Assembly (NCBI RefSeq): GCF_009914755.1
Contig: NC_060927.1
Length of the DNA: 64,000 nt
Direction: 5' to 3' (one strand)
DNA from: the human T2T-CHM13v2.0 reference genome, Homo sapiens
In this document: positions 58,136-64,000 of the stretch, in pieces
Position numbering within the stretch: the first letter of the stretch is position 1
Layout of the letters: the number at the start of each line of letters is the position of its first letter
Notes under the pieces: model-generated
What the model was told of the DNA's origin: nothing
Database searches by the model: none
What the model saw: the letters and a program-made list of their open reading frames with translations, nothing else
Made by a program: the position numbers and the translations under genes

Positions 58136-59469
58136 ATACAATTATATAACTCTAACTCTAAGGTAAACTCAGATAACAAATGGCTAAGAAACAAGGGGCA
58201 GCCAGCTATGAAAGAGAGAAGACACAGATTTTTCTTTCTAGATGGTCAACATTGAAGAGTGGAAAAAAAAGTATGAATTCTTTCTATCCTACCTGAATAT
58301 ATGGCTTAAAGAAAAAAAAATTCATGCTCCTAAAATTATTTTATTTTGAAGAACCATCTTACTGTGATTATATGCTGTTTTAACACTTGTAATTATAGAG
58401 CCAAAACAAATGGCTTAAAGTAAGACTCAAAAGAAACTGGATTTAATTCTACTGGCTTCCAAATTGTATTGCTGTATCTCCCAGTTGGGAAGATATTTCC
58501 TCTCATTTTTCTTATTGTGAACTGGCAGAGTGTTGCACTTCTGTTGCCACTTCAAGAGAACACAGAGACACAAATTAAATGGTTATGTTGGAATGAGTAT
58601 CCTTGTAAATCTTTGTCCTTTGAAATTCAAAGGTCAATGTTACTTTCTATATGCAAATGTAGTTGTTAAATGCATTGCACATGACTAGTCCTGGCAGAGG
58701 AAAAAAACTACAAATTTATCATAGTGATGGGTCAGGGACATGGTGGGTTATTATGCACACAGTATGACAACTAATGACAGTCTTTTTAATTCTCTCCTTT
58801 CAGAGGCTTCTTCTACATACACAGACACATAAAGCCAAAATTTACTTTACCCATGTGTAAAAATCAAATTCAATATCTTTTTTGGACATTGTAATGGGTT
58901 GCAATCCTTCATTCTGCTGAAGATTAAGCTGAACTTCTGCCCTTTAATAAAAACTTTAATAAAAACCCTCCTGGAAAATTTCATGTGGTCAAGTCTTATT
59001 TTCAGTTTTGATTTGGATGCTTTATATTGAAACTAGACAATTTGAAAAGAACAGGAACCACTGTTATTGTAGTATCTGAAATCTGATAAAATTCTTTTCT
59101 TTAAGGATCTTAAATGCTTTCATATATAGTCTTTTATTCTTCAAAATATCAGTGAAATAGGTAGATGTTGATTTCTATATTACATTCTTCCATGCTCAAA
59201 AAATGTTTAGATTGCTCACACAAAAAAGTATTAATTTGTCACACCACACAAAAAGAGAGATGGCAGCATCATGGATTACTGAAGTTTGAGCATAGAAGTT
59301 AGATAATTCCTCATCCTGAGTTGCATAGTGAAGATGTGAAAAGTTATTTTAAGCTATTGAAATTCAGGGGCTATTTGCTACTGCAGCATGGTCTTACCTA
59401 TCCTGACCATACAGTATAAATATAGTTACCTACATTTAAAAATCCCTCTATATCACCTACCAAAATTAT

Positions 59470-59670
59470 AACTTTAATAAAAATTCCAGATCTAAATTCT
59501 ATTTCTGATATCTACCCACTGTATTGAGTAAAACATAGAAACTTTCTGAGTCTCAATATCCACTTCTATAAAATGAAGCTAGTAATACATCTCTCATATA
59601 ATTGTTATAAGAATTAATAGAAAACTTTGCCTGGTGCTTGCAATTTATTAAGAATGTATTAAATGGAAGC
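59470..59670 (+). mobile_element. MIR SINE
   Basis: TCTGAGTCTCAATATCCACTTCTATAAAATGAAG. Confidence 0.65.
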
Positions 59671-60187
59671 TATAAATATAGAATCCACAGTTTCAACTGT
59701 AATGAGATATTGACCATCACTAAAATAGATCTGATCAGCAAGTCATGTTCTCTGCTGTCTTCCCCAATTTTGCTTCCTTCTAAAACTCTAAAGTCTTCAA
59801 TTATGAGGGCCTCTGGTAGGCCCTTATTTGTTTTGTCATGTTAGTTTTAAAATTTGCTAACTATGTTTAGTGGCAACTAGGAACTATACTATTATTTTAT
59901 CTCAATCTGGACTTTCCCAAACAAGTTTCTGGTTCTCTTTGTGGAGGCAGCAGGCAAACCTATTCTCTTATCATATCTCTAGGTGGTTATCTAACTTTAA
60001 GTAATCAAAGGTCGCGGGCCTCATTCTATCCAAGTGATTGTTTACTCTTAGTCTTTCTTTCCCCTTTAGAAAGATGTGTCTAGTTATCCCTTTATGACCA
60101 TGTGTGCCTTCCTCTCTAATTTCTTGAGCTTTCCTTTCAGTATTCATCTGTCCTCTTTTATAATAGAGGCCAATGTTGGCTTTGTAT

Positions 60188-60493
60188 TTTATTATTATTA
60201 TTATTGTTTTTTGAGACAGTCTCGCTCTGTCACCCAGGCTGGACTCCAGTGGCGCAATCTCAGCTCACTGCAAGCTCTGCCTCCAGGTTTCACGCCATTC
60301 TCCTGCTTCAGCCTCCAGAGTAGCTGGGACTACAGGTATCCACCACCACGCCCAGCTAATTTTTTTGTATTTTTTAGTGGAGTTGGGGTTTCACCATGTT
60401 AGCCAGGATGGTCTCGATCTCCTGACCTCGTGATCTGCCTGCCTCGGCCTTCCAAAGTGCTGGGATTACAGGAGAGAGCCACCGCGCCCAGAC
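60188..60493 (-). mobile_element. AluY/Sc-like, full length, (TTA)n tail, TSD TGGCTTTGTATTT
   Basis: CTGCAAGCTCTG, TTCACGCCATTCTCC, GTTAGCCAGGATGGTCTCGATCTCC. Confidence 0.96.
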
Positions 60494-60604
60494 ATAGTGG
60501 CTTTGTATTTCAAGAAAAACTTCTTAAATGGGTTTTGCCCTCATTTTATTAGATGTCTAAAAAATTATGTGGTTTCTTGTGTTTAAAATAAAATGCTGAT
60601 GCAA

Positions 60605-61080
60605 TGATAAAGATGGAAAGTTTTTCCCCTGTGATCAAGAACAAGGCAAGAAAGCCTACTTTGTCACAGCTATTCAACTCTTTAGCAGAAGTTCTAGTTA
60701 AAGCAATGAGGTAGTTAAAAAAAAAAAAAGGAGACAAAGGCATCCAAATTGGCAAGAAAAACTATCTCTACTCACAGATTACATGATTCTATGTAGAGAA
60801 AATCCTAAAGAATTCACACACAGAAAATAACACTATTAGAGATGGTAAATGAATTCAGCACAGTTGCAAGGTACAGGGTCAATACATAAAAATTAGTTGT
60901 ATTTCTATACACTAGCAATAAAAATATGAAAAGGAAATTAAGAACATAATTCCATTACAATAATATCAAAAACAATAAAATGCTTAGGAATAAATTTAAC
61001 CAAGGTGGTGTGAGACTTGTACACTGAAAACTGCATAGCATTGCTGAAAGAAATTAAAGAAGGTATAAATAAATGGAAAC
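60605..61080 (+). mobile_element. L1M ORF2 (RT region) fragment
   Basis: GATCAAGAACAAGGCAAG...AGAAGTTCTAG...AAAGGCATCCAAATTGG...GAATTCAGCACAGTTGCAAGGTACA...TTAGGAATAAATTTAACCAAG. Confidence 0.9.
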
Positions 61081-61169
61081 TTCACCTATCACATAGTTTC
61101 ACTGTTACCAGTTTGATGTATGTTATTTTAGATTTTTTTCCTATTCAATATTAATTATCGTTCTTGGTT

Positions 61170-61363
61170 AGAAGCAGTGGAAACTGTTGTATTGTGTGAC
61201 ATTTGGCGTGTAACTTTAACTCTTTGAATTTCACTTTAGTGAACTGCAAAATGGAGATAATATCAGGACTTACTGCAATGGTTTTGATGATTAAAGGAGA
61301 TATGTGATAAAATACATAGCACAGTGCCTATTGTAGAGAAAGAGCTTAATACATGTTTGCTGT
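61170..61363 (+). mobile_element. MIR SINE
   Basis: CTGCAAAATGGAGATAATA...TAGCACAGTGCCT. Confidence 0.75.
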
Positions 61364-61738
61364 TGTATTAGTCTGTTTTCATGCTGCTGATAAAGACATA
61401 CCCGAGACTGGGCAATTTACAAAAGAAAGAGATTTAACTGGACTTACAGTTCCATGTGGCTAGGGAAGCCTCACAATCAGGGAAGGAGGCAAAGAGGAGC
61501 AAGTCATGTCTTACATGGATGGCAGCAGGCAAAACGAGAATGAGGAAGACACAAAAGCAGAAATCCCTGATAAAACCATCAGATCTCATGAGACTTATTC
61601 ACTACCATGAAAACAGTATGGTGGAAACTTCCCCCATGATTCAGTTATCTCCACTGGGTCCCTCTCAGAACACATGGGATTTATAGGAGTACAAGTCAAG
61701 ATGAGATTTGGGTGGGGACACAGAGCCAAACCATATCA
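61364..61738 (-). mobile_element. THE1-type (THE1B/C-like) MaLR solo LTR
   Basis: TGTATTAGTCTGTTTTCATGCTGCTGATAAAGACATACCCGAGACTGGG...CAGAGCCAAACCATATCA; TSD-like GCTGT/GCTAT. Confidence 0.95.
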
Positions 61739-63444
61739 GCTATTAATGTCATTTTCATATTTTAATCAGTGTCTTTTAATTGATTTTCAAAATCAACTTT
61801 AGCTTGTCATTCACAATTCTCCAATATACTTCATCTCACATTAACTACACTCTAACTTACCACTCCCAAGTAAAAAAATTATTTCCCTCTCTTAATAAAA
61901 GCACTTTATTTTTTATCCAACCTGATTTGTTAATTTTCTTTCTGTATACATTAACTTACAATGAATGTTTTTCTTAATGCTATTTCCTTGTATCAGCAAA
62001 TTCACCCCAGAAATTTGTAGTAGAACCTATTCAAATCTCCCCGCTTCTACTACATACATTCTATTGCCATGGCCCCAGACGCACATTTAGTGTGGGCAAT
62101 AATATGTAATTGAATTGTATTATTCTTCAAAATATTTGCCTTTCAATATGAGACCCCTCCCTATAGAAGTCTTGTCTATCCAAGGCTCTGTGACTTGCTT
62201 GAGCCAGTAGAATGTGAGTGGAAGAAGCAACATGTATTTTAGGCCCAAATATTTCAATGTAGAGAGGCCTCAGGGAGGATATAATTAATGCTCATGAATT
62301 ACAGCATTTCTGGGATATTCATTCCATACTCTCCAGGTGACACAATTACTACTACATTGATTAGCAACATAATAGTATCCATTTAAGTTCATCCACAAGT
62401 GATTGAAATCTACAAATAGTAGCTTAAATATTATTGAAACATATAACTCTCTGATGTGAATGTAGGTAGTCCAGGAAAGGTAAGGTGGTACAAAGAGCAA
62501 CAGGAATCCAGATCCCTTTTAATTAGTTCTGCCATCCTTAAGTCTTATTTCCCACCTCATGGTAAAAGATGGCTGGTCCCCATCCAGCCGTCATACACAG
62601 ATTTTGACCCCAAGGAAAGAAAAAAAGGTCAAGAGAAGGATATGCTTCCTTCTTTAATGATCCAAGATCTACACATACCTCTTCCACTTAATCACACCAC
62701 CATACCAAACTGAAAGGGATACTTGGAGTCAATATTTGGTTCTGCAAGGAGTCTACCTCACATTAGGGGTTTTATTCCAAAGAAACAAGGGAAGAATTCA
62801 TTTGGTCACTGCCCAAACAACTGAAAGGCAGAATGCCTGGTACTGCTCCACAAAAAACTTCATTATTTTCTTGGGCAAAGGATATTTACAGGCTTTCTGC
62901 TCTCTATATCAGACAGCTCTCTATATTCTAAATGCTTCATGTACATTATTGCATCTCACTTAGGGAGAATGAGTAGCCTAAAGCAGAGTCACAAACAGAA
63001 TGGCAAACAGGTGGAAAAATTAAGAGTTACTGTGCTGGATGACTCTGAATTCAGTGTAGGGAAGGCAAGTGGAACAGTTGGGGCCTGTGGTGAGTTGACA
63101 AACACTGCCCTGCTCAAACTGACAACTGGTTCTCAGTTTCCAGTTATTGTAACATGTGGAGTTGTGAATCTTCTGTTCAAAGATATTTCAAACATTTAGA
63201 GAAGCCAGAAATCTGAATTTTTACTGAAATTTGGAATTTATGGGAAATCTCTTTTTTTTTAATGTTGGTTCTAATGTTTTAAAACCATTTGCAATTTGCC
63301 TGTGGACCAGCAATGTGAGACATCTGTTTGAGAAAAGTAGGACAATATATCAGCTGCTTAAAATGGATGGCTCATCAAACTCTGAAAATAACCGTTACAT
63401 TGGAAATCATTATGAAGAGTGGTAAAAAATGAGGCAGGACTTAT

Positions 63445-63715
63445 TATCATAATTACAGATTTATTGAGTATGAGACTGTTACCTTTACTGAATATTTCCT
63501 GTTGCCAGGTGTTGTGTTTGACCCTTTTTAAATCCATCATCATATCTGATCCTCACAAAAGCCTTGCATTATTTTCTTTTTAACGGGGGAGCAGCTGGAA
63601 ATTGAGGGCCAGAGAGCTTAAGTAACATGTCCAGGGTCACACAGCTGGTAAATGACCAAGCTTGGATTTAAATCGGTCCTGTTTGATGTTCAAGCCCATG
63701 TTCTTAATCCTTATG
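63445..63715 (-). mobile_element. MIR SINE
   Basis: GAAATTGAGGGCCAGAGAGCTTAAGTAACATGTCCAGGGTCACACAGCTGGTAAATG. Confidence 0.85.
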
Positions 63716-64000
63716 CAAGCCTGTGCACAATTTCTATGCCTTTTCCAGAATAACATACGGTGGGTTTGCCATGATATGAAAATAAGGATATGATCAGTTG
63801 GTATGCAGAATCTCAATGTTCATCTTTAAACACAGCGTCACCGCTATCAGAGTCACAGCATGGAGGATGCAAGCAGGAGGATTCACCAACATCTGAGAAG
63901 CCTCCAGAGGATCTCACTGCTCTCAATATCATACATTATACTTAACCAACATCTGGAGGGCCCTCACACCATTCAACCCATTCAGTAAAAAAAAGGACTG

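Overview
This is AT-rich, CpG-poor primate genomic DNA, almost certainly human, because it carries an Alu with all five AluYa5 diagnostic positions. I find no protein-coding exon, CpG island or intact gene. The ORF track is explained by chance ORFs and by Alu/L1-derived frames, so the window reads as intergenic or deep intronic. It is a layered record of mobile elements: about 12 Alus/FLAMs, L1PA/L1M fragments, L2s, MIRs, MaLR solo LTRs (MLT1, MST, THE1) and hAT MITEs. The less routine items are: (1) a 3'-truncated, tailless 7SL RNA retropseudogene with a target-site duplication (TSD) at 35272-35503; (2) a second tailless retroposon, an Alu at 42824-43030; (3) an mRNA 3'-UTR retrocopy at about 11188-11915, split by an Alu; (4) a near full-length HSMAR2 mariner at 32549-34078; (5) a heavily decayed but near-complete Charlie/Buster hAT transposase at about 52150-54060, part of which is locally duplicated; (6) a very young AluYa5; and (7) a few repeat-poor, motif-dense blocks that may be enhancers. 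I see no evidence for a wholly new biological system. Subfamily names come from my recollection of consensus sequences, and boundaries of old repeats are approximate.
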